Positions 8,648-17,475 of a DNA stretch of 32,875 bases are shown one piece after another; positions within the stretch are counted from its first letter, which is position 1, and the number at the start of each line of letters is the position of its first letter. A program made the translations under genes and the position numbers. The notes under the pieces are model-generated. The model was not told the origin of the DNA and did no database searches. It saw nothing but the letters and a program-made list of their open reading frames with translations. Origin of the DNA: Nanobdellota archaeon (GTDB taxonomy: Archaea; Nanobdellota; Nanobdellia; Woesearchaeales; GW2011-AR9); contig JAHJDB010000041.1 in NCBI GenBank assembly GCA_018812765.1, positions 1 to 32,875 of the forward strand. Direction: 5' to 3'.

Positions 8648-9313
8648 ATGAGCAACAGGTTAAACAATTTTTCAGTCTCAGAATGGTTAAAATTTACCCA
8701 AAGCTGGTTTGTTAATAATAGTAGGAATAAAGGGGTGCCTGAAGAGTTAATAAAAGAATTTGTCTCTTTCTTTACTAAAGCAGGGGATGTAGTTCTGGAT
8801 CCGTTTTTAAAAGAAGGGAACACTTTAGCCGCTTGTTATCATAGCAAACGGAACGGTATAGGCATTGAACCAGAAGAGGGTTGTGTTGAAAACGCTAAAA
8901 ATCTGGTAAAAAAACTTGAAGGTCAACTGCAATTGACTTTAACTGGAGCGGGCCAGCATTGTAAACAGTTCGTCCTCCAAGGAGATCCGAGCAACATCGA
9001 TTATCTTTGGCAGCAATATTCTCTGCCGGAAGTAGATTTTTTGATCACTTCTCCTCCTGTTGCTAAGGGTCTTTCAGAAACTTTTGTAAAAATAAAGTCA
9101 AAACTAAGAGATGGTGCTTATCTTGTACTAATATTAAATAACTGGAATAGCCTGTCTGCTTGGGGATTAGTTCAGGAGATGTCTGGACAATTTCAATTTG
9201 TTAGTGAAAAGGTCTGGTGTCAAGAAAAACCTTTGTCTCCTCAAGGTTATGGTTATAGATTTATGCCTAATATGCATCATCATTATTGTTTTATATTTAA
9301 AAAAATTAAATAA
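8648..9313 (+). CDS. N4/N6 DNA methyltransferase-like protein with degenerate motifs
   Basis: PEELIKEFVSFFTKAGDVVLDPF and GIGIE (SAM-binding region) precede FLITSPP, but GxG is replaced by LKEG and SPPY by SPPV. Confidence 0.75.
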   Translation: MSNRLNNFSVSEWLKFTQSWFVNNSRNKGVPEELIKEFVSFFTKAGDVVLDPFLKEGNTLAACYHSKRNGIGIEPEEGCVENAKNLVKKLEGQLQLTLTGAGQHCKQFVLQGDPSNIDYLWQQYSLPEVDFLITSPPVAKGLSETFVKIKSKLRDGAYLVLILNNWNSLSAWGLVQEMSGQFQFVSEKVWCQEKPLSPQGYGYRFMPNMHHHYCFIFKKIK

Positions 9314-9399
9314 AAGTATGTCGGCTCTTAATTGCTTGTAAAAAAAGATGAAATCTCCTAAAGAGAAATTTTTATAAAGAACAAGAATATTCTTTTTTA

Positions 9400-10716
9400 A
9401 TGATGAGATGTAAAAAGATACTGGTGTTGTTGGTTATTCTAATATTTGTTGTCAGTTGCGCTCCTCAAGAGATCTCTGATGAAGAATTAGAAAAAGAATT
9501 AGAAAAATTATCAGACCAAGAGCTTAAAGGAATTGTTGAAGCTGGTGAAAACAGTAACGAGGATACAGCAATTGCAGGACAAGCATTTAGCATGTTTAAA
9601 GCATCAAAACCAAGAGTTTTAAAAAAAGCAATCCAAATAACAGAAAGAAGAAAAATTGAAAAAATAAATCTGGAGGCTCCTTCGGAGTCTGTGCCAGAAA
9701 TGCCTTTGAATCCTCCTCCAAAGTTTGAGACAGAAGTTCCTTTCAATCCTCCAGAAATCAGTTATCCGCCTGTTCTTGATCCAATAGGGGATAAACAAGT
9801 CAAGGAAGGAGAATTATTGGCTTTTATTATTAATGCAACTGATAAAAATTTAAATGATACTTTAACTTATAGTGCTCAGGGAATGCCTTTTGGAGCTAGT
9901 TTTGATGCGAAACTTCAGACCTTTAACTGGATTCCAGCTTATAATCAAGATGGAATCTATCCGATCACGTTTAAAGTAAGCGATGGGAAAGATGAAGATA
10001 ATGAAACAATCAACATTACTGTTTTAAATTCTACGGTTTTAGATTTCTGCGTACCTAAACCAAATGGACTGGTTAGTTGGTGGGATGGAGATAAGGTCAA
10101 TGGAACGACTGCCTACGACTTAGTTGGAGGACATCATGGAACTTTAGCTAATGGAGCTAAAATAGGAACTGGGATGGTGGGAAACGCTTTTAATTTTAGT
10201 GGTAATAATGGTTATGTTGGTGTTGCTCATAATGCTGATTTTAATATAGATTATAGTTGGTTTATTGATGCTTGGGTGTTACCCACATCGTTTCCTGCTT
10301 CTGGAAAAAGAGGGGTAATTTTGATGAAATGGGTCGATGGTGGAGAAAACAAGGCTTTAGAAATTGGTTCTGATGGAAAAGTTTTCGTTACACTTGTAAA
10401 AGTACCTAGCACCAATGTTCAATTAATCGCAACCACTAACCTAACAAAAGATAGGTTTACTTTCGTAGCTGTAAGTTATAATGGGACTGCTTTAAACTTA
10501 TATCTTAACGGCAAGCTTGATAATAGCATACCTTTATTTATGGATGTATCAGATTCAACTGGAGTTCTTTATATGGGTAATCATCCTACAAGAAATCCTT
10601 CTGAATTCGTTCCTTTTGACGGCTTGATTGATGAAGTTGAATGGGGTACAGAAGCCCCAACAGAACAGAAAATAATGGATATCTTTTCTTCTACTAGTAA
10701 AGGGAAATGTAAATAA
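9400..10716 (+). CDS. Secreted lipoprotein/adhesin with an Ig/cadherin-like domain and a LamG-like jelly-roll domain
   Basis: Signal peptide ending VVSC; Pro-rich linker; PPVLDPIGDKQVKEGELLAF...ITFKVSDG Ig-like repeat; GLVSWWDGD...LYLNGKL...FDGLIDEV LamG-like domain. Confidence 0.8.
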   Translation: MMRCKKILVLLVILIFVVSCAPQEISDEELEKELEKLSDQELKGIVEAGENSNEDTAIAGQAFSMFKASKPRVLKKAIQITERRKIEKINLEAPSESVPEMPLNPPPKFETEVPFNPPEISYPPVLDPIGDKQVKEGELLAFIINATDKNLNDTLTYSAQGMPFGASFDAKLQTFNWIPAYNQDGIYPITFKVSDGKDEDNETINITVLNSTVLDFCVPKPNGLVSWWDGDKVNGTTAYDLVGGHHGTLANGAKIGTGMVGNAFNFSGNNGYVGVAHNADFNIDYSWFIDAWVLPTSFPASGKRGVILMKWVDGGENKALEIGSDGKVFVTLVKVPSTNVQLIATTNLTKDRFTFVAVSYNGTALNLYLNGKLDNSIPLFMDVSDSTGVLYMGNHPTRNPSEFVPFDGLIDEVEWGTEAPTEQKIMDIFSSTSKGKCK

Positions 10717-10755
10717 GGTGTAACTTAATCTTGTCTTTTAGTATTTTTTTTAAAA

Positions 10756-11766
10756 TTATTTGTTTAAAATTATTGTTACAATCTCTTTAGCTGCTTTTTC
10801 AAGATCATCATTATTTACTTCAAAAGAGAAATTTTGTTTGTTAAGAGTATGGACATAAAGCAGATCGTAATACTCTTCTAAAAGGATCTTAGTTGCATCT
10901 TCAAACTTTTTTTCTTCAATCAACCTAACAATCTCCTCTTTCTTTTTCTTGCTAATGATGTCTCTTAACGTGGGCGTTATTTTCTTAATCTCTTCAGCCA
11001 TCTCGGGAGTGGCAAAATATTCCCTGACCGCTTCGGCAATTCTTTTTTCAAGACTTCTGGTGATAAGGATATTCCGGCCTTTTTTCATGGCTTTAAATAA
11101 AAAGGGTGGGATTTCAACGTTGCCGATCTTTCTGCTTTCTCCTTCAGTGAATATAACTTTTTCACTATTAAGTTCCTTTAATCTTTTCAGTAATAGATTC
11201 TCAAATTTTTTCTGTGATCTTGGCTTTAAGCCGACAGCACCAAATAAGCTTCCTCGATGCTGAGCTAGCTCTTCTAAGTCCAGAGCAGAAGGCAGCTTTT
11301 TTAACAGGTCCGTCTTTCCGGTACAGGTAAGGCCGTATAAACAAACTATCTTCGGTTTTAATTTGAAATTATTCAATTCTTCCAGAATGTAATGTCTAAA
11401 TAATTTATATCCTCCTTCCAGCTGTAAAACTTTGTATCCCAGAGACTCTAACAAGGAAGCAATGATCTTTGATCTCATCCCTCCCCGGGCACAGTAAACG
11501 ATGATAGTTTTATCTTTGTGCTCTTTTACGGCATTATAGATGGAAGGGATTTTTGAAGGGAAATATTGCAGACCTTTTTCGATGGCTTCTTCTCTTGATT
11601 TTTGTTTGTAGATGATGCCAATCTCGTGCCTTTCTTCATCAGACAGCAAAGGAACATTAACTGCTTCTAAGATGTGATCTTCTTCAAACTCTTTCGGTGT
11701 TCTTGCATCTATGAAGAGAACTTCTTTAAGCTTGAATGCTTCTTTTATAGTAATCTGTTCTACCAT
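10756..11766 (-). CDS. selU: tRNA 2-selenouridine(34) synthase (SelU/MnmH/YbbB)
   Basis: Rhodanese domain (IDARTPKEF, YCARGGMRS, LEGGYK) fused to P-loop GLTCTGKT, DLEELAQHRGSLFG, EGESRKIG, LLEEYYD. Confidence 0.92.
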   Translation of the reverse strand: MVEQITIKEAFKLKEVLFIDARTPKEFEEDHILEAVNVPLLSDEERHEIGIIYKQKSREEAIEKGLQYFPSKIPSIYNAVKEHKDKTIIVYCARGGMRSKIIASLLESLGYKVLQLEGGYKLFRHYILEELNNFKLKPKIVCLYGLTCTGKTDLLKKLPSALDLEELAQHRGSLFGAVGLKPRSQKKFENLLLKRLKELNSEKVIFTEGESRKIGNVEIPPFLFKAMKKGRNILITRSLEKRIAEAVREYFATPEMAEEIKKITPTLRDIISKKKKEEIVRLIEEKKFEDATKILLEEYYDLLYVHTLNKQNFSFEVNNDDLEKAAKEIVTIILNK

Positions 11767-11878
11767 GTCTAAGAGGTTAATTTTTAGCTTGTTTTTTAAA
11801 ACTTTAGTTTGTGATAGTTATTTTCAGGAGGAGAGTTAAGAATTAGAATGATTTAAGGAATCATTTCTTTTTTGTAAG

Positions 11879-12289
11879 TTATTTTTTAGGTAGTTCTTTT
11901 TCAGGGCTGAGCCTATTCTTTACAGAAGCACGTAATTCTTTAGTTCTATTTAAAGCGCTTTTTGTTCTTTCCTTAACGTTTGAATGCAACTTTATGGTTT
12001 CTATTTTAGTCTTATTTAGAGCTCTTTTAGTCCCTTCTTTGAAGGATTTATGGTAATATTTGTAAGAAAAATATTTGTTAATAGCTTTAGCATATTCTTT
12101 TCCAACCCAATATGCTCCCAGGATAAGCATTCCCCAAGTTAAAACGTATACTACTAGAGAAGACCACCTGATCAGTTTATTATTGAAATAAAGGAAAAAA
12201 ATCACAGTCATAATCTTAGCGATGATAAAGTTAGAAATAAGTAAAATTACTCCCAGATAAAATTTAGGACTATATTTAATCTTAACCAT
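11879..12289 (-). CDS. Hypothetical membrane protein (2 TM plus basic tail with a short internal repeat)
   Basis: Two hydrophobic helices; repeat KEGTKRALNKTK / KERTKSALNRTK. Confidence 0.6.
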   Translation of the reverse strand: MVKIKYSPKFYLGVILLISNFIIAKIMTVIFFLYFNNKLIRWSSLVVYVLTWGMLILGAYWVGKEYAKAINKYFSYKYYHKSFKEGTKRALNKTKIETIKLHSNVKERTKSALNRTKELRASVKNRLSPEKELPKK

Positions 12290-12572
12290 TAGACTAAGGA
12301 AAGGAATAGTGTTAATTAAATCTTTCTAAAATAAGGCGTAATTCTTTTTCTGAGTGGTTATCATCATCCTGGCCAAGAGTGAGGGAGCTAAACTATTCGT
12401 CAGCTGTCTTTTCCTTCGAAAAATATCTAATTAATCTTCAACCTAAATCTTCTAGAAAAGGATGAACGAACGACAAAGATAGTCATCACTCCCTTTTTGA
12501 ATTGGGTCTAAACTAAGATTAAAATTTAACAGGCCACTAACAAATTATCAACAAACCTTTATGTTTATGGCT

Positions 12573-12863
12573 TTACAACAGATCTTTAACTGTAATATTT
12601 GATTCGATTACCCGGTCGCTTTTACTGCAGAAAGGACAGCCCGGTCTCTTAGAAGTAAATTTATATTTACACCTTTCACAGAAGAGCTCTTTTTTAACAG
12701 GAATTTCGTCTCCAAAACCCCAGGTAAATCTTTTTTGTTTTACATAACAGCCATAGCAGGAGTATCTTGGTTTTTTCGAGACTGATCTAAGGATTATGGC
12801 CGAACCCTTCTCTACCAAGGTATTGCAACGGAAGCATTTTACCATTATTCTTAATACGACCAT
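12573..12863 (-). CDS. Double zinc-ribbon protein
   Basis: Four CxxC pairs: CFRC, CYGC, CERC, CPFC. Confidence 0.7.
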   Translation of the reverse strand: MVVLRIMVKCFRCNTLVEKGSAIILRSVSKKPRYSCYGCYVKQKRFTWGFGDEIPVKKELFCERCKYKFTSKRPGCPFCSKSDRVIESNITVKDLL

Positions 12864-12950
12864 ATATCTGTAATGATAATGACCTTTAAAAAACTGTGTT
12901 ACCCCCGTCTCTAAATAAATTTATATATTATCTTATCTTTTGTGAAGGTT

Positions 12951-13697
12951 ATGAATGGGATTAAAAAGAGCATTGGCAAGGTAAAATATGCCTTCATAAT
13001 TTTTTTAGTTGTCTTATTATATTATGCTCTGACAAAATCCAGTCTTGTCCAACATTATTTTAATAATCCCGAACTGCTGAGAACTTTGATTTTAGGCATG
13101 GGGCTTTTAGCACCTCTAGTCCTGATATTTTTACAGGCTTTTCAAACGACGTTATCTATTTTTCCGTCTCAAATAACAACTATTGCAGCAGGTTTTATTT
13201 TTGGACCGTTTTTAGGACTGGCTTATAGTCTTGCGGGTGCATTTATTGGTTCTGCTGTGGTTTTTTTTCTTTCTAAGAGATATGGTAAGGATCTAGCATT
13301 GAAATTCTTTAATAAGAAAGATGTAGTCCATTTTAATCTTTTCTTCAAGCAGAAAAAATTCTGGGCCTTATTCATCGCCAGGATCACTCCCATCTTTCCT
13401 AATGACATCGTAAGTTTTGCTGCGGGATTGACAACAATGAAATTTTGGCGTTTTTGTTTAGTCTCTACCAGCGGTTTTGTCATCCAAATGGTTGTTTTAG
13501 TCTATTTCGGAGCTGGTCTTAATGAAGGACAAATAAAATTTGTTCTTTATCTATTTAGAATATTAGTGGGATTGTTATTGTTTGTTGTTCTTTTTAAGGG
13601 AAAATTTAGGAAAATACTTATTAAAGACATCCATAAATTAGAAAAAGAAGGAAAGATCATTGAGAAAGAAGTGGAGAAGGAATTTAAGAAGATATAA
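12951..13697 (+). CDS. TVP38/TMEM64 (VTT/DedA superfamily) membrane protein
   Basis: IFPSQITTIAAGFIFGPFLG, GAFIGS, ARITPIFPNDIVSFAAGLT. Confidence 0.88.
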   Translation: MNGIKKSIGKVKYAFIIFLVVLLYYALTKSSLVQHYFNNPELLRTLILGMGLLAPLVLIFLQAFQTTLSIFPSQITTIAAGFIFGPFLGLAYSLAGAFIGSAVVFFLSKRYGKDLALKFFNKKDVVHFNLFFKQKKFWALFIARITPIFPNDIVSFAAGLTTMKFWRFCLVSTSGFVIQMVVLVYFGAGLNEGQIKFVLYLFRILVGLLLFVVLFKGKFRKILIKDIHKLEKEGKIIEKEVEKEFKKI

Positions 13698-13752
13698 AAG
13701 TATCAGAGAAATTTGAGCTTATGGCTTATACTAAAAAAGAAAGAATCCTAAA

Positions 13753-14994
13753 ATGAAAGAAGTCCTGAAGAAGATAAAACCGGGGAAAGAAGAAGTAAAA
13801 AGGTTTAAACTAGTTACCTCTGATTTCATGAAAAAATTAAACTCTAAGCTTAAGGATGCTGTAGCAATCTTGGGTGGAAGCGGAGCTAAAGATACCTGGT
13901 TGTCTGGAACCCATGATGTTGATATTTTCGTAGCCTATGATTTTCAGAAATTTTTTCAGAAGTCAAGCCAGCTTTCAGAATTATTGCAGTCTTCCTTGAA
14001 GAAAGCTTTTCCAAAAAGCAGCATCAATAGGATGCATGGAAGCAGGGACTATTTTCAGATTAGATATGAAAATCTTGCTTTTGAGATAGTTCCAATCCTG
14101 AAAATAAAAAAAGCAGAAGAAGCAGTGAACATTACAGATGTTTCTCCCTTACATTCTTTATGGGTGAACAAGAATGCTAAGAACATTAAAGACGAGATCA
14201 GGTTAGCAAAACAATTTTGCAGGGCAAACAGGATTTACGGCGCGGAATCTCACATTCAGGGATTTAGCGGTTATGTCTTAGAGATCTTAACGGCTTATTA
14301 CGGCTCCTTCGTCAATCTATTGAAGGCTTCACAGAAATGGGGCGTGAAGGAAGTGATCGATCCGTCCAAGTTTTATAAAAAAGATATGGCTTTATTCCAT
14401 ATCAACAATTCCAAACTCCTATCTCCGTTGATAATAGTCGATCCAGTCGATAAAACCCGCAATGCGGCAGCTGCACTTTCAAATGAAAAATTTTTACTGT
14501 TCAAAAAGAGAGCTAAACAATATCTTCAGAAGCCGAACCAGATCTTTTTTGAAAAAAAAGAAGTTACTTTTGAAGAATTAAAGAAAGAAAAAAAGAATGT
14601 CGTTTACATTACTGCTGCTCCATTAGACGGCAAGATTGATGTTGTCGGCGCCAAGCTCTTGAAAACTTTCAATTATCTGGAAAGTGAACTGAAGAAGTTT
14701 GGCTTGAAGAAGTCTGGCTGGGAATGGGAAGAAGGCCGGGAGGCAGTTTTTTATTTTGTTCTTGAAAGGAAGGAATTGCCTAAGTTTGAAGTTAGATCAG
14801 GTCCTCCTGTCAAATTAAAAGAATTTGCTGCAGATTTCAGGGAAAAAAATCAAGAGGTTTATGTCGAGAAGGAGAGATTGATGGCAAAGATAAAGGTTCA
14901 ATTTCCTGAATTGAAAGATTTTGTCGATAATTTATTAAAAGAAGTTTATGTTAAAGAAAGGATAAAAAAGATCAATAGCTTGAAATTATCTTAA
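13753..14994 (+). CDS. cca: Archaeal class I CCA-adding enzyme
   Basis: GGSGAKDTWLSGTHDVDIF nucleotidyltransferase motif, IYGAES..GFSGYVLEIL, IVDPVDKTRNAAAAL, RSGPP. Confidence 0.93.
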   Translation: MKEVLKKIKPGKEEVKRFKLVTSDFMKKLNSKLKDAVAILGGSGAKDTWLSGTHDVDIFVAYDFQKFFQKSSQLSELLQSSLKKAFPKSSINRMHGSRDYFQIRYENLAFEIVPILKIKKAEEAVNITDVSPLHSLWVNKNAKNIKDEIRLAKQFCRANRIYGAESHIQGFSGYVLEILTAYYGSFVNLLKASQKWGVKEVIDPSKFYKKDMALFHINNSKLLSPLIIVDPVDKTRNAAAALSNEKFLLFKKRAKQYLQKPNQIFFEKKEVTFEELKKEKKNVVYITAAPLDGKIDVVGAKLLKTFNYLESELKKFGLKKSGWEWEEGREAVFYFVLERKELPKFEVRSGPPVKLKEFAADFREKNQEVYVEKERLMAKIKVQFPELKDFVDNLLKEVYVKERIKKINSLKLS

Positions 14995-15008
14995 TTTAAA
15001 AATAAGTT

Positions 15009-15563
15009 TTATCGTTTTTTTCTTTTCGTTTTGCTTTTTCTGCTCTTTTTAATTTTGCTCTTGTTAAGGTGCTGATGTCTTTTCTTGTGATGTTCGATCT
15101 TGGTAAACAATCTAGTCTTGGTGATTATTCTGATAATTCTGGCTGCGATTTTTAAGACTTTAGCAAGTTTGCTTCCTCCTTGTGAAAATAGTTTAAAGAA
15201 TTTACTGGCTTCAAGGCTTTCGTGAAGGATGCTTTGCCCCAGGACAAAACGTTCAGCAGCAATTATTGTTCTATATGTATAACTTATTATATTAAAAAAG
15301 ATGATGAAGGGAAAAATTGCGACTATATCCAGCCAATAATGCTTAAAAAAGAATCTTGCTCCTTTTGACTTTATGGCCAGAAAGACCAGATCGATAATGA
15401 AAATAGTTATTACCAAATAATCGATAATATGGACTATTAATTCTATAATATGATTCTCAATATGCAAAAACAGCTCAAAAAGGATGATTAAAAGCAGGGC
15501 TACGACAGCAAAAGGAATGAGCTTGGCATTATAATGTTCGACCTTTTCCCAAAATTTATTCAT
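15009..15563 (-). CDS. Stand-alone voltage-sensor-like domain (S1-S4), no pore domain
   Basis: S2 with IFIIDL, S3 with YWLDIVAIFPF, S4-like KLAKVLKIAARIIRIITKTR; then a basic tail and stop, with no GYG filter. Confidence 0.75.
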   Translation of the reverse strand: MNKFWEKVEHYNAKLIPFAVVALLLIILFELFLHIENHIIELIVHIIDYLVITIFIIDLVFLAIKSKGARFFFKHYWLDIVAIFPFIIFFNIISYTYRTIIAAERFVLGQSILHESLEASKFFKLFSQGGSKLAKVLKIAARIIRIITKTRLFTKIEHHKKRHQHLNKSKIKKSRKSKTKRKKR

Positions 15564-15651
15564 AAGAAAAGGAGATTTTAGAAGTTTTTAAAGGTTTTTA
15601 ATATCTTCCAGAATCCAAAACTATAAAAATCCTTGATTCTTTCTTTTATTT

Positions 15652-16044
15652 ATGGTCAGCGTTGCAGCAAAATGCAGGATTTGTAACAATACTTCCCCGG
15701 CAGAACAATTTAAGCTTAGTCACGAGTATAAACAGATGGTCTGCCATAATTGTTTTACTGGTAAAACAAAAAATTTGCAGGAAAGGGAGAAGGTAAAAAG
15801 GATGGAAACTCCAATTAAACCGCCGGGCTGGGATGCTGAAGATGAATATCTTGCTAAAGTTGCTAAACAGAAAAGCATGGAAAATAAGTCTTACTTTAAG
15901 AAGATTCCGGGATCTGATCATGTTAAATGCACCTGCCAGAATTGTAAGTTTGAATTTAAGTATGATCCCCTTAAAAATATACCTCGGGCCTGTCCTTATT
16001 GTAATGGGGAAATTCCTCGCTTAAGGATGTTTACCTGGTCTTAA
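15652..16044 (+). CDS. Double zinc-ribbon protein
   Basis: CRIC, CHNC, CQNC, CPYC; central PPGWDAEDEYL. Confidence 0.75.
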   Translation: MVSVAAKCRICNNTSPAEQFKLSHEYKQMVCHNCFTGKTKNLQEREKVKRMETPIKPPGWDAEDEYLAKVAKQKSMENKSYFKKIPGSDHVKCTCQNCKFEFKYDPLKNIPRACPYCNGEIPRLRMFTWS

Positions 16045-16171
16045 TTAAGGAATGGTTTTTCACTAAGTTTCTGCTGAAAAAATGGATCTTGAGAATGATT
16101 TAGGTTATCCTTGGGAATAATCTTGTTTTTTATAGATAAAATTAAGAACTCTTTTTTCATTTCAGATAATC

Positions 16172-16729
16172 ATGGAAGATTTTATCATCAGAAAAGAAGA
16201 TCTAGAGATCCCTGAAGAAGAAGAAAAACCGTCTAAACTGAAGAAACTGTTTATTTTAATGGCTGGAGTAATTATGATTGTTCTGATGTTATCATTCATT
16301 TTTGCGAGCTATCCTCTTTCAAACATAATTGCGGGCTTGTTGGAATCAAGCCCTTTGGATAGTAACGAAATTAAGATGGACGGATTTTCGATAATCTTTG
16401 AAGATCTAACTCACGAATCCTTAAAACAGATCTATTTTTCTGAACAGAAAGTAGAATTTAGTGTTTGTTTACAAGGGCAGAAGGTTGGTCCTGATTATTA
16501 TATTGGTTCCTTATACCTGCCGGAGATGTATGAACAGGCTTTTGATCATGTTTCTTTTCAGCCTTGTTCTAAGGATACTTTGATCATGCTGCATAGCCAT
16601 CCTTACAAAAGCTGTTTAGCTTCTGATACGGATCTAGATACCTTAAAAAAGAACAAAGAAGTCAATCCGGATGTTTTGATGGTGATCATGTGTGAGCCGG
16701 AGAGGTTTAGTGTTTATGGAGCAGATTAG
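16172..16729 (+). CDS. Membrane-anchored JAMM/MPN+ (JAB) metalloprotease-like protein
   Basis: One N-terminal TM, then E(FSVCL)...HSHPYKSCLASDTD, an exact HxH-x7-S-x2-D JAMM motif. Confidence 0.75.
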   Translation: MEDFIIRKEDLEIPEEEEKPSKLKKLFILMAGVIMIVLMLSFIFASYPLSNIIAGLLESSPLDSNEIKMDGFSIIFEDLTHESLKQIYFSEQKVEFSVCLQGQKVGPDYYIGSLYLPEMYEQAFDHVSFQPCSKDTLIMLHSHPYKSCLASDTDLDTLKKNKEVNPDVLMVIMCEPERFSVYGAD

Positions 16730-16857
16730 AAAGGGTGTGTACTTCTTTGTAAATTTCTCACTGCAAAATAACTAATTTTATTTTTTATATTTTGTCGAAA
16801 AGGTGAGACCCAGAATCAAAGGTAATTTTATAAAAAGAACTTAATTAAGTAACTAAA

Positions 16858-17475
16858 ATGGACAAAGCTAAATTGAGGGGGATGATAATTTCAAACATTC
16901 ATGATTTGGTAAAAATTATTGATAAAACAGAAAGGAAAAAAGTACTAAAGCATTATTGGTATCTGAATAGGATGTTTGTTTATCCTACATATGAATTTTC
17001 TGGAGTAGAAGAAGTCGACGAATTTATCGTAAGATTATCATTTTTTTGTGAAGGAATTCGTAATAGATTAAAATTAAGTGAAAATAGGTCTGATGAAATA
17101 AAAGAAATTAAGAAAGTATATAGAAATGTATTCTTAACTTGTGTTTATAATTTTGAACCTAAAAAAGAAATTAAAGAATTAACTCAAAAATTCCATGATT
17201 TGGTTGAGAATTATTTCAAAAATGATGTTTTAGGTTGTATATTGGGAATAAGTGTAAAACGCTTTTGGTTATTCAAAATAAAACAAAAAAAATACGAACT
17301 TGTTGAAACTGGAAAAGTTATCAAAAGTGGAAAAACAAGTAAAGAAGGAATAATTGCTTTTGAAAATATTAAAAAAGGAAATTATATTTTAAAAATTTAT
17401 TTTGATGAAAAAGTAAAAGAAAAGAAGATTCAAGTCACGGAATTCTTATCTGGTATAAAATTAAATTTTATTTAA
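16858..17475 (+). CDS. Hypothetical protein: helical N-terminus, possible prealbumin/carboxypeptidase-regulatory-like C-terminal beta domain
   Basis: 205-aa AT-rich ORF; C-terminal SGKTSKEGIIAFENIKKGNYILKI pattern; TATA-like TTTTATAAA upstream. Confidence 0.55.
   Translation: MDKAKLRGMIISNIHDLVKIIDKTERKKVLKHYWYLNRMFVYPTYEFSGVEEVDEFIVRLSFFCEGIRNRLKLSENRSDEIKEIKKVYRNVFLTCVYNFEPKKEIKELTQKFHDLVENYFKNDVLGCILGISVKRFWLFKIKQKKYELVETGKVIKSGKTSKEGIIAFENIKKGNYILKIYFDEKVKEKKIQVTEFLSGIKLNFI

Noticed and set aside
13753-14994. Nucleotidyltransferase near a JAB gene as a possible CBASS (CD-NTase plus Cap3)
   Set aside because: The protein has the full archaeal CCA-adding enzyme motif set and C-terminal domains. 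The JAB gene is not in the same operon, is membrane-anchored, and no E1/E2 or effector is adjacent.
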